NCBI GenBank assembly: GCA_963841585.1
Contig: CAWJDK010000031.1
Span: 182,450 to 246,449 of the forward strand
Origin: an uncultured Actinomycetes bacterium
Lineage (GTDB): Bacteria > Actinomycetota > Actinomycetes > Streptosporangiales > Streptosporangiaceae
DNA length: 64,000 nucleotides
Reading direction: 5' to 3'
In this document: in pieces, positions 34,755 through 43,753 of the stretch
Layout of the letters: the number at the start of each line of letters is the position of its first letter
Numbering within the stretch: position 1 is the stretch's first letter
Notes under the pieces: model-generated
What the model was told of the DNA's origin: nothing
The model's database searches: none
The model's input: only the letters and a program-made list of their open reading frames with translations
Made by a program: the position numbers and the translations under genes

Positions 34755-37265
34755 ATGCGGAAGGTGACGATCAAGGGCCTGCTGGCCCACAAGCTCAGGC
34801 TGGCGCTGACCGCGCTCGCGATCGTGCTCGGCGTCACGTTCATCTCGGGCACGTTCGTCCTCACCGACACCCTGCAGAACACGTTCACGGTGCTGTTCGG
34901 CAACATCTACCAGAAGGTGGACTTCCAGGTCCGCGGGGCCGCCCAGCTCGGCACCGGCGCGAACGCGACGCGCAACGAGCTGCCCGCGTCGCTGCTGGCC
35001 ACCGTGCGCGGCGTGGCCGGTGTCCAGGCCGCCCAGGGCCAAGTCACCGGCTACGCCCAGTTCGTGGCGCGTGACGGCAAGGCCATCTCAACGGGCGGCG
35101 CGCCCACCCTGGCCGTCGCCTTCGACCCGGACCAGCAGATCTCCCCGCTGCACCTGGTCGCGGGCGGCCCGCCGGCCACCCCCGATGACGTCGTGATGGA
35201 CGCCGGGACGGCACAGAAATACGACTTCGCCGTAGGGGACCGTGTCCGCATCCTGTCGGCCGGGCCGCCCCGGACCTTCACCATCACCGGCATCGCGGAG
35301 TTCGGCACGGCCAACAACCTGGCGGGAGCCACGCTGGCCGCGTTCACGCTGCCGGTCGCGCAGGCGATCGCCCAGGAGCCCGGCAAGCTCGACGCCATCA
35401 ACGTGGTGACCGCACCGGGCGCCAGCAAGGCCGCGGTCCAGCAGGCCATCGCCCGGGCCCTGCCGCCCGGGGTCGAGGTGGTCACCGGGCAGACCGTGGC
35501 GAGCGAGAATACGAGCTCGGTCAACCAGGCGCTGTCGTTCTTCTCCACGGCGCTGCTGGTCTTCGCGTTCATCTCCCTGTTCGTCGGCGCGTTCACCATC
35601 TACAACACGTTCTCGATCATCGTCGGGCAGCGGACGCGCGAGCTGGCCCTGCTGCGGATCGTCGGCGCCAGCCGCCGCCAGGTGTTCGGGTCCGTGCTGG
35701 CCGAGGCGGCCATCACCGGGCTCGTCTCCTCGGTGATCGGCCTGGGCCTCGGGGTGCTGGCCGCGCTCGGGCTGCAGGCGCTGCTGCGCGGGTTCGGCGT
35801 CACGCTGCCCCCGGGATCGCTGGTATTCGAGCCGCGGACCGTACTGATCGGGCTGGCCGTCGGGGTCGGCGTGACCGTGCTGTCCGCGATCGGCCCGGCC
35901 CGCGGAGCGGTGCGCATCCCGCCGGTCGCCGCGCTCGACGACCGGCAGTCCGCGGCCAGCGCCTCGCTGCGGCGCCGGTTCATCTGGGGTACCGCCGTGG
36001 CCGTGATCGGCGCGGTCCTGCTCGGCCTCGGCCTGGCCAAGCCGGCTATCCAGCTCGTGGGAATCGGCGCGGCCGCCCTGTTCATCGGCGTCGCCACGCT
36101 GTCCCCGGCTCTCGCCCGCCCGCTGTCCAGCGTGATCGGGCGTCCGCTGCCGCGGCTGCTCGGCGTGGCCGGAAAGCTCGGGCGGGAGAACTCCATGCGC
36201 AGCCCGCGGCGTACCGCCCAGACCGCCGCGGCGCTCATGGTCGGCCTGGCCCTGGTCTCCGCGATGGCCGTTTTCGGCGCCTCGCTGTCGAAATCGGCCA
36301 CCAGCAGCGCGGACCAGGCCATCAGCGCCGACCTCATCGTGACGGCCACCGGGTCGGGCCAGCTCAGCAACTCGGTACCGGCCACGGCGTCAGCCGTGCC
36401 GGGCGTCACCGCGTCCAGCGTCGTTTACCAGGGGCCCTTCGAGTTCCAGAACACGCTGACCTCGCTCACCGCGGTGTCCACCGACCACCTGGCCGACACG
36501 GTGATCCTGCGGATGACCGCGGGCACGCCAGCCGCCTTGGCCCAGGGTGAGCTGCTCATCGACTCCACCACCGCCACGTCGAAGCACCTGTCGGTCGGCG
36601 ACTCGGTTCACGCCCGGTTCGCCCGGACCGGTCCGGCCGTACTGCGCATCGGCGGGATCTACCAGGCCAACGCCCTGATCGGGAGCTATCTGGTCAGCGC
36701 CGGGTTCTTCGGCGCCCACTATTCGCCGCAGCCTCCGGGCGCGCTCCTGCTCCGCACCAACGGCGCCGCCGTGGACAACGCCGTGACCAAGGCGCTGGCC
36801 CCGTACCAGAACCTGCAGGTCCAGACCCGGGCTCAGTTCGAGCAGTCTCAGGTGTCCGCCGTCAACCAGCTGCTCGGGCTGGTCTACGCCCTGCTCGGCC
36901 TGGCGGTGATCATCGCGCTGATCGGGATCGTGAACACGCTCATGCTGTCGGTGTTCGAGCGCACCCGCGAGATCGGCCTGCTGCGGGCGGTCGGCATGCG
37001 GCGGCGCCAGGTCCGCGTGATGGTCAGGTCCGAGGCGGTGATCCTCGCCATCTTCGGCGCCATCGTCGGGATCGTGATCGGTACCGCGCTGGGCCTCGCG
37101 CTGGTCGCGTCGCTCCGACAGCAGGGCATCACCGACACCGCCGTGCCGGTGACCAGCCTGCTGGTCTTCCTGCTGCTCGCCGCCGTGCTCGGGCTGGTGG
37201 CCGCCAGCTGGCCGGCCCGCCGGGCGGCCCGGCTGGACGTGCTGGCCGCCATCGCGGCCGAGTAG
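34755..37265 (+). CDS. ABC transporter permease with two FtsX domains (MacB-type, 10 TM)
   Basis: 836 aa with two FtsX-like 4-TM modules, each preceded by a large extracytoplasmic domain. Confidence 0.9.
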   Translation: MRKVTIKGLLAHKLRLALTALAIVLGVTFISGTFVLTDTLQNTFTVLFGNIYQKVDFQVRGAAQLGTGANATRNELPASLLATVRGVAGVQAAQGQVTGYAQFVARDGKAISTGGAPTLAVAFDPDQQISPLHLVAGGPPATPDDVVMDAGTAQKYDFAVGDRVRILSAGPPRTFTITGIAEFGTANNLAGATLAAFTLPVAQAIAQEPGKLDAINVVTAPGASKAAVQQAIARALPPGVEVVTGQTVASENTSSVNQALSFFSTALLVFAFISLFVGAFTIYNTFSIIVGQRTRELALLRIVGASRRQVFGSVLAEAAITGLVSSVIGLGLGVLAALGLQALLRGFGVTLPPGSLVFEPRTVLIGLAVGVGVTVLSAIGPARGAVRIPPVAALDDRQSAASASLRRRFIWGTAVAVIGAVLLGLGLAKPAIQLVGIGAAALFIGVATLSPALARPLSSVIGRPLPRLLGVAGKLGRENSMRSPRRTAQTAAALMVGLALVSAMAVFGASLSKSATSSADQAISADLIVTATGSGQLSNSVPATASAVPGVTASSVVYQGPFEFQNTLTSLTAVSTDHLADTVILRMTAGTPAALAQGELLIDSTTATSKHLSVGDSVHARFARTGPAVLRIGGIYQANALIGSYLVSAGFFGAHYSPQPPGALLLRTNGAAVDNAVTKALAPYQNLQVQTRAQFEQSQVSAVNQLLGLVYALLGLAVIIALIGIVNTLMLSVFERTREIGLLRAVGMRRRQVRVMVRSEAVILAIFGAIVGIVIGTALGLALVASLRQQGITDTAVPVTSLLVFLLLAAVLGLVAASWPARRAARLDVLAAIAAE

Positions 37266-37393
37266 TAGCGAGAAGTCCTTACCGGCCGCTTACGTGACCC
37301 GCGGTCGCCCAGTCCCATGCCGGGAATTTGCGTATCACAGACGCGAGGCATGCGGTTCTACGGATCCAGCGACCTGGCGAATGGAGAACCCTG

Positions 37394-37930
37394 ATGCGTA
37401 ACCCAGGATGGGCGGGGGCCGCCCTGATCGCCGTGGCCCTGGCGGTCACTGCGTGCGGGACCGGCTCGGCGGGCGACGCCTACGGCACCCCCGCGGCCGG
37501 CAGCACCACCGGCACCCCGGAGGCCCGCGGCACTACCGGCGGCACCACCGGTGGCAGCCAGGCCAGGCCGGCCTCACCCTCCCTCGGACCGGCCACCGCC
37601 CTGAAGACCGAGACCACCCGGCCCGGCCAGGTCCTGGCCAGCAGCCGCGGGCTGACGCTGTACTACTACTCCGAGGACAAGCGGGGCACTGGCACGTCGG
37701 TGTGCACCGGTGCCTGCGCCACCGCCTGGCCGCCGCTGGCCGCGCCGGTCAAGGCCCCGGCGGGCGTGCACCTGCCGGGCCCGCTCGGGGTGATCACCCG
37801 GCCGAACGGCGTCAAGCAGGTCACCCTCAACGGCTATCCCCTCTACTTCTATGCCGGGGACAAGGCTCCCGGCCAGGCCACCGGCAACGGCATCGAGGGT
37901 TCCTGGCACGTCATCAAGATCAAGGCCTGA
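37394..37930 (+). CDS. Lipoprotein, PF03640/COG4315 family (paralog of 33162..33707)
   Basis: Lipobox LAVTAC, LTLYYYSED, CTGACATAWPP, YPLYFYAGD. Confidence 0.8.
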   Translation: MRNPGWAGAALIAVALAVTACGTGSAGDAYGTPAAGSTTGTPEARGTTGGTTGGSQARPASPSLGPATALKTETTRPGQVLASSRGLTLYYYSEDKRGTGTSVCTGACATAWPPLAAPVKAPAGVHLPGPLGVITRPNGVKQVTLNGYPLYFYAGDKAPGQATGNGIEGSWHVIKIKA

Positions 37931-37939
37931 CCGCCCCGC

Positions 37940-38256
37940 TCAGTGAGCTCCTGCGCCCGCAGCCCGGCGTGCAGGTTGCCGACGTCGTCCTGCCAGAGGA
38001 CGGCCAGCGCCCGGGCCGACTGCACGTCCGCGTCGGTGAAGGCCTGGCTGGACAGCTCGGGGTATTCCAGCACCCGGACCCGCGGCAGCGCGCTGATCTG
38101 CGGCCCGTGGTGCTGCCGCCGGTCCGGCAGGATCACCGTCACCCGCTCGCCGTACCGGGAGGTCAGCTCCTCGGTGATGCGGTAGGACAACGGGCCGTCA
38201 CCGCACACGATGAGGTGGTCGCCGCGAGGATCCGCGCGCCGGGGGAGCGCAGGCAT
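37940..38256 (-). pseudogene. 5' remnant of a TrkA-N/NAD-binding (K+ channel-associated) protein gene
   Basis: DHLIVCGDGPLSYRITEELTSRYGERVTVIL...VGNLHAGLRAQEL matches family N-termini. The reading then runs into the antisense of the lipoprotein gene. Confidence 0.45.
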
Positions 38257-38300
38257 GCAGTGATCATAATGGTAGGCAACCGTCGGAAAGGGGATCGCAA

Positions 38301-39305
38301 GTGGCAGCCGTCGAGACCGTACGCGGGCCGGTCGACCTGGGCAACCTGGGCCCGACCCTGATGCACGAGCACGTCTTCGTCCTCTCCACCGAGTACACGC
38401 AGAACTACGGCAGCGACTGGTGGGACGAGGATGCCATGGTCGCCCGCGCCATCGACAGGCTCAACGCCCTCTACGCCAAGGGAATTCACACCATCGTCGA
38501 CCCCACCGTCTGGGGCCTGGGCCGCTATATCCCGCGGATCCAGCGGATCGCGGCGGAGACGCCCGTCAACATCGTCGTCGCGACCGGCCTGTACGCCTAC
38601 GAGGAACTGCCCCATCAGTACGAGCACCGCGGGCCCGGCCTGGCGATTGACATCCCCGAGCCGATGGTCACCGACTTCAGCCGGGACATCACCGAGGGCA
38701 TCGCCGGTACCGGTGTCAAGGCCGCCTTCCTCAAGTGCTGCATGGAGACCCCCGGGCCCAGCCCCGGCGTCGAGCGGATCGCCCGCGCCATCGCCCGGAC
38801 CCACGTCGAGACCGGCGCGCCCATCACCGTGCACACCTCCGGCCCGCACCAGACCGGCCGGATCGCGGTGCGCATCTTCCGCGAGCAGGGCGTGGACCTG
38901 TCCAAGGTGGTGATCGGGCACGCGGGCGACAGCAACGACCTGGACTACCTGACCGAGCTGGCCGACGCCGGGGTCGTGCTCGGCATGGACCGTTTCGGGC
39001 TGGACCTGTACAACCCGACGGCCGAACGGGTCAAGACGATCGCCGCCCTGGCGGCCCGGGGCTACGCCGGGAGCATGGTGCTCGCCCACGACGCGAACTG
39101 CTTCATCGACTACTTCGGCGCCGCGCACGACCAAGTGCGCGCCGCGGTCTTGCCCAACTGGCACTACGAGCACATCTCCGACGACGTGCTGCCGGCCCTG
39201 CTGGCGTCGGGCGTCGCCCAGGAACAGATCGACACGATGATGGTGGAGAACCCGGTGCGGTACTTCACGCCGGCCAAGGGCCCCGTCACGGTGGAAGGGA
39301 CATGA
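38301..39305 (+). CDS. Phosphotriesterase-like lactonase (PLL/PTE amidohydrolase family, QsdA-like)
   Basis: GPTLMHEHV (HxH), VKAAFLKC (carboxylated-Lys region), VHT, GHAGD, LAHDANC. GTG start with GGAAAGGGGA upstream. Confidence 0.85.
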   Translation: MAAVETVRGPVDLGNLGPTLMHEHVFVLSTEYTQNYGSDWWDEDAMVARAIDRLNALYAKGIHTIVDPTVWGLGRYIPRIQRIAAETPVNIVVATGLYAYEELPHQYEHRGPGLAIDIPEPMVTDFSRDITEGIAGTGVKAAFLKCCMETPGPSPGVERIARAIARTHVETGAPITVHTSGPHQTGRIAVRIFREQGVDLSKVVIGHAGDSNDLDYLTELADAGVVLGMDRFGLDLYNPTAERVKTIAALAARGYAGSMVLAHDANCFIDYFGAAHDQVRAAVLPNWHYEHISDDVLPALLASGVAQEQIDTMMVENPVRYFTPAKGPVTVEGT

Positions 39306-40837
39306 TGAAGGACCACAGTGAGCCCCGTCATCAAGAGCTGGGCGGCATCTTCGACATGACCGGCGTCGTCCGCGGCGAGGACGGCATCAAGCGGTACGAG
39401 GGACTGCCGCGCAACCTGGTGCAGATGTTCCGCGCCGCGGTCGACCAGGACGGCGCCGCCGAGGCGGTGGTGGAGACCGGAGGGGGCCCGCGGCTGAGCT
39501 ACGCCTCGCTGTGGGACCGGGCCGCCCGGGTAGCGGGCGGCTTGCGCGGCCTCGGCGTCCGGCGCGGCGACCGGGTGGCGATCCGGCTCGGCAACGGCGT
39601 GGACTGGGTGCTGGCCTTCCTCGGCGCTGTACTGGCCGACGCGGTCGTGGTGCCGGTCAACACCCGCTTCACCGAGGAGGAAGCGAACTACGTGGTGACC
39701 GACTCGGGCGCGAAGTACGTCTTCATGCCCGGCGACCCGCTGCCCGACGGCGCCCCCCTGGTCGTGGCCGACGCCGAGCCGCCGGGCCCGGCCGCGATCT
39801 TCTACACCAGCGGCACCACCGGCTTCCCTAAGGGCGCGGTGACCAGCCACGAGAACTTCCTGTCCAACGCCGAGACCTGCCGCCGCGCTCTGTCCTCGGA
39901 TCCCTCGGGCATGCGCACCCTGATCTCGGTGCCGCTGTTCCACGTGACCGGTTGCAACAGCCAGCTGCTGTCGGCGCTGTACAACGGCGGCACCGCGGTG
40001 ATCATGCCGGCCTTCGAGGTCGGCGCGTTCCTGCGCGCCATGGAGGAGGAGCGGATCGACACCATGGTCACGGTGCCGGCCATCTACTGGCTGGCCATCA
40101 GCCAGCCGGCCTTCGCCGACGTGGACATCTCGCGGGTGCGCTCGGTCTCCTACGGCGGGGCGCCGATCGCGCCCGACCTGGTGGCCCGGCTGGCCAAGGC
40201 GTTCCCGCAGGCGCGGCTGGGCAACGGGTTCGGCCTGACCGAGACCTCGAGCGTGTCCACCTTCCTGCCGCACGAGTTCGTCGCCCACGCCGACTCGGTG
40301 GGTTTCCCCGCTCCGGTGGTCGACGTCCGCCTCGACCACGCGGGTCCGGACGGCGCCGGCGAGCTGCTCATCCGCGGGCAGAACATCGTCTCCGGCTACT
40401 GGAACAAGCCGGAGGCCACCGCCAGTACGTTCACCGGCGGCTGGCTGCACAGCGGCGACGCGGCCCGGATCGACGACGAGGGCCTGGTCTACCTGGTCGA
40501 CCGGATCAAGGACATGATCAACCGCGGCGGCGAGAACGTGTACTGCGTCGAGGTGGAGAATGCCCTGGCCGGCGCGCCGGGCGTGTACGAGGCGGCGGTC
40601 CTGGGCGTGCCCGACGAGATGATGGGGGAGAAGGTGGGCGCGGTGATCGTGCCGATGCCCGGGACCTCCCTCGATGTCCCGGCCGTGCTCGGCTACCTGG
40701 GCGAGCACATCGCCGACTTCAAGGTCCCGCAGTACCTCGCGGTCAGCAGCACGCCGCTGCCGCGCAACCCCGGCGGCAAACTGCTCAAGCGGCGGCTGCG
40801 CGAAGACGTCGACTGGGCCGCCGCCTTCCGCCGCTGA
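39302..40837 (+). CDS. AMP-dependent acyl-CoA ligase (QsdC/FadD-like)
   Basis: YTSGTTGFPKG, GNGFGLTET, SGDAARIDDEGLVYLVDRIKD, PRNPGGKLLK. ATGA overlap with the lactonase. Confidence 0.85.
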   Translation: MMKDHSEPRHQELGGIFDMTGVVRGEDGIKRYEGLPRNLVQMFRAAVDQDGAAEAVVETGGGPRLSYASLWDRAARVAGGLRGLGVRRGDRVAIRLGNGVDWVLAFLGAVLADAVVVPVNTRFTEEEANYVVTDSGAKYVFMPGDPLPDGAPLVVADAEPPGPAAIFYTSGTTGFPKGAVTSHENFLSNAETCRRALSSDPSGMRTLISVPLFHVTGCNSQLLSALYNGGTAVIMPAFEVGAFLRAMEEERIDTMVTVPAIYWLAISQPAFADVDISRVRSVSYGGAPIAPDLVARLAKAFPQARLGNGFGLTETSSVSTFLPHEFVAHADSVGFPAPVVDVRLDHAGPDGAGELLIRGQNIVSGYWNKPEATASTFTGGWLHSGDAARIDDEGLVYLVDRIKDMINRGGENVYCVEVENALAGAPGVYEAAVLGVPDEMMGEKVGAVIVPMPGTSLDVPAVLGYLGEHIADFKVPQYLAVSSTPLPRNPGGKLLKRRLREDVDWAAAFRR

Positions 40838-40900
40838 CCGGTAAAAATCACCCGCCGCCCGCGTAGCGGGCCCGCTACCGTCCCGAGTTATCGTCATAGG

Positions 40901-41560
40901 GTGACCGCCACGTCGGAAGCCCAGCCGGGAACCCGGGGCGGTACGATCGTGCCCGCGGCCGCCCTGACCCGCCCGCCGGCCAAGAAGACCAGCAAGATCA
41001 GCCTCTCCGCCCGGATCGTGTCGACCGCCGCCCGCTGGATCTACGAGGGCAGGCGGCTGGACATGCAGGGCCTGGCCGACGAGCTCGGCGTGTCCCGGGT
41101 GACCCTGTTCCGGCGGGTTGGCAGCCGGGAGGAGCTGATCAGCCAGGCGCTGTGGCGGCTCACCGAGCGCATGCTGAAGATCGCCGTCGAGCGCTGGGAG
41201 GCCGAACGGCCCGAGGGTGAGCTGCATACCCCCGGCACCATCCGGCACATCAACGCGATGGTCGCCGGGTCGGCCGGCCTGCGCCGGATGCTCGACGACG
41301 AGCCCGTCCTGACCATGCGCGTGCTCACCGACCCGCGCGGCCGGATACAGAGCGGGTTCGTGGCCTTCAACGAGGAACTGCTGCGCCGCGACATGGAAGA
41401 GTTCGGCCTGGTCACGATCATCGAGCCGGGCGCGCTGGCGTACGCGCTGCTCCGGCTGGGCGAGTCGTTCCTCTACGCGGACGTGATCGCCGCCCGCAAG
41501 CCCGACGTGGAAACCGCCAACCGGCTGCAGCAGGCCCTCATCGAGGGCATCCTGCCCTAG
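40901..41560 (+). CDS. TetR-family regulator, QsdR-like
   Basis: HTH LDMQGLADELGVSRVTLFRRVGSREELI. C-terminal domain of the QsdR type as I remember it. Confidence 0.7.
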   Translation: MTATSEAQPGTRGGTIVPAAALTRPPAKKTSKISLSARIVSTAARWIYEGRRLDMQGLADELGVSRVTLFRRVGSREELISQALWRLTERMLKIAVERWEAERPEGELHTPGTIRHINAMVAGSAGLRRMLDDEPVLTMRVLTDPRGRIQSGFVAFNEELLRRDMEEFGLVTIIEPGALAYALLRLGESFLYADVIAARKPDVETANRLQQALIEGILP

Positions 41561-41580
41561 GCGAACCCAGGGCAGGATGC
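41547..41580. terminator. Hairpin between the convergent qsdR-like and MFS genes
   Basis: gcatcctgccct-aggcgaaccc-agggcaggatgc, a 12-bp stem that overlaps the qsdR-like stop codon. Confidence 0.45.
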
Positions 41581-41590
41581 CTCGGCTTCC

Positions 41591-43612
41591 CTAGACGGTG
41601 GCCTGGAGCTTGGCCAGCTCCTGCTGCACCCTGGCCTCGTGCTCGGCCTCGTCCCGCTTGGCGTCCCGGGTCCGCCAGCGGCCCCGCAGCAGCGGGATGG
41701 ACAGCAGGAAGAAGATGATGCCGCCGAAGCAGATCCAGTACCAGGTCTTCCACTGCCCGGCCGTCTTGGCCGCGGCGTTCTGCACATCCGCGGCGTGCGC
41801 CTTCAGGTAGGTGAAGACTCCCGGCGGGACCTTGGACAGCGCGGTCAGCTGCGCCGAGTACGGGGCGATGGTATTCAGCTGCGCCGAGTACGGGGCGATG
41901 GTCTTCAGCTGCGCCGCGTACGGGGCGACCTGCTGCAGCTGGGGCGCGGCCGCGATCACGCCGTTGATGGCCGCCTTGTTGGTCGCGATCGTGGTCAGCA
42001 TGGCGATGCCCTTGGCGCCGCCGCCGGCCGCGGCGATCGCCTGGCCCAGCAGCGCGGGCGGGATCTTGGACGCGCTCGGGTAGGTGGCCAGCTTGGTGAA
42101 CAGCGCCGGGTGGGCCTGGATCACCGCGAGCTGGGGCGCGAACTTCTGCGCGTTCGCGAGCTGGACGGAGTCGGTCTTCACGATGGTCAGCACGTTCGGC
42201 GGGATCGCCTGAGCGGCGGCCAGGACGTTCGGCGGGATCTTCTGCGCGGTCGCCACGACGTCCGGGTGCGCGGTGGCGAAGGCCAGCTGGCTCTGGTACT
42301 GGGTCGCGTAGGCCTGCACCTGGGCCCCGTAGTTCACCAGCGGGGTGACCGTGTTGACCACCAGCGGGAGGCACAGGTAGGCGAGGAAGACCACGATCCG
42401 GATGATCCAGCCCCAGATGGCCAGGCCGGTGGCGATGAGCGCCGGGTTGCGGGCCTCCACCGTCTCGGTGAAGCTGGCCATCCACGGGGTGTAGGCGATG
42501 CCGAGGCCGAGCGACAGCAGGGCCAGCATGAGGGCCAGCGAGTAGTAGCCCGGGTGATGGCCGGCCTGCTCCAGGTAGACCACGGTCATGATCGCGGCCA
42601 GCACGCCGCCGATCACCATGAACGGCTTGCGGACCCGGAACCGGTCGGAGATGATCCCGACCAGGATCACCGCGATGACGTTGAAGCCCCAGTTCCAGTT
42701 GCCCAGCCCGTTGGCGTCCTTGACCGACAAGCCGAACACGGTGGTCAGGTAGATCACGGCGAACGCGACGGCGGTGTAGTAGATCAGCAGCATGATCGAC
42801 ACCGCGATGGAGGAGACGATGACGTCGGTCTTGAGCAGCTGGCGGAACGGGTGACGCAGCGCCGCCTCGATGTCCGCTTCGGTCAGGCCCTTGGCCTTGG
42901 CCTCGATCAACGCGCGGTCGCGCATGGTCACCATCAGCTGGTCCCGCAGCCGCGGGGACAGTTCCTTCAGCCCGATCAGCGCGATCACGAACACGACGAT
43001 GCCGGCGATGCCGCAGATGCGGTACTCGTGGGTCCAGAACCGGTCGTTGTTGACGACGGCGGGAACGGTGGCGCTGCCTACCACCGAGACGATCAGGCTG
43101 CCGATCACCGGGCCGCTGGTCCAGAAACCCATGGCCGTGGCCCGGCCCACCTGCGGGGAGAAGTCCCGGATCAGGGCGGGGGTGGCGACCAGGCAGATGC
43201 CTTCCACGAAGCCGACGACCCAGCTCTCGATGGTGAACGTCCACTTGTTGGTCGCGGTGGGCATGATGAACGCGACGAACACCCCGGTGAAGAACAGGCC
43301 GAACACGACCAGGTTGGCCCGGCCGAGCCGGTCGGTGATCCCGGCGAACAGCGAGCCGAACGCCCCGATCAGCGCCCCGAACGCCAGCGTCAGCACGAAG
43401 AACGTGAAGCTCATGTGCAGGTTGGCCAGGAGCAGCGTGGACACCGAGCCGCCGACATAGAGCTCGTAGTACAGCGTGATCGTGGCCAGCACCGTGATGG
43501 CCAGGTACGTCACCCTGGGCCTGGTTTCCGGATAGGAATCGAGCTGCCGTTTAAGGAGCCAGTCAACCCACCCGGGCCGAGTGGAGACTGGCTGCGCGGC
43601 GGTCCCTGACAT
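41591..43612 (-). CDS. MFS transporter with a ~250-aa C-terminal repeat-containing extension and an extra terminal TM helix
   Basis: 12-TM MFS core, then an A/Q/P-rich domain with APYSAQL repeats, then WKTWYWICFGGIIFFLLSIPLL and a charged tail. Start at MSGTAAQP, because the codons upstream are AT3-rich. Confidence 0.8.
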   Translation of the reverse strand: MSGTAAQPVSTRPGWVDWLLKRQLDSYPETRPRVTYLAITVLATITLYYELYVGGSVSTLLLANLHMSFTFFVLTLAFGALIGAFGSLFAGITDRLGRANLVVFGLFFTGVFVAFIMPTATNKWTFTIESWVVGFVEGICLVATPALIRDFSPQVGRATAMGFWTSGPVIGSLIVSVVGSATVPAVVNNDRFWTHEYRICGIAGIVVFVIALIGLKELSPRLRDQLMVTMRDRALIEAKAKGLTEADIEAALRHPFRQLLKTDVIVSSIAVSIMLLIYYTAVAFAVIYLTTVFGLSVKDANGLGNWNWGFNVIAVILVGIISDRFRVRKPFMVIGGVLAAIMTVVYLEQAGHHPGYYSLALMLALLSLGLGIAYTPWMASFTETVEARNPALIATGLAIWGWIIRIVVFLAYLCLPLVVNTVTPLVNYGAQVQAYATQYQSQLAFATAHPDVVATAQKIPPNVLAAAQAIPPNVLTIVKTDSVQLANAQKFAPQLAVIQAHPALFTKLATYPSASKIPPALLGQAIAAAGGGAKGIAMLTTIATNKAAINGVIAAAPQLQQVAPYAAQLKTIAPYSAQLNTIAPYSAQLTALSKVPPGVFTYLKAHAADVQNAAAKTAGQWKTWYWICFGGIIFFLLSIPLLRGRWRTRDAKRDEAEHEARVQQELAKLQATV
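41846..41935. repeat. In-frame 30-bp tandem repeat x3 in the MFS C-terminal extension
   Basis: cagctgcgccgagtacggggcgatggtatt and variants, encoding APYSAQL(N/K)TI. Confidence 0.85.
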
Positions 43613-43753
43613 GCGGTCACCCCTTGCCGTCGAGCGGTTTAGGCCAGGCTGATGGTGACTCGACGGTAACCCCCCAACAGGTAACAGATCAATAATTTGT
43701 TTCATACGTTTCCGCTAGATAGCCGGCGAGTAGTCCGGTCCTAAGCTCGTCCT

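Noticed and set aside
43613-43705. The upstream ATG (43705) of the MFS ORF, giving MKQIIDLLPVGG...
   Set aside because: The codons in this stretch (AAA CAA ATT ATT GAT TTA) are AT3-rich, unlike real genes here. The stretch lies in the AT-rich divergent promoter shared with hypF. The start at 43612 is preferred.
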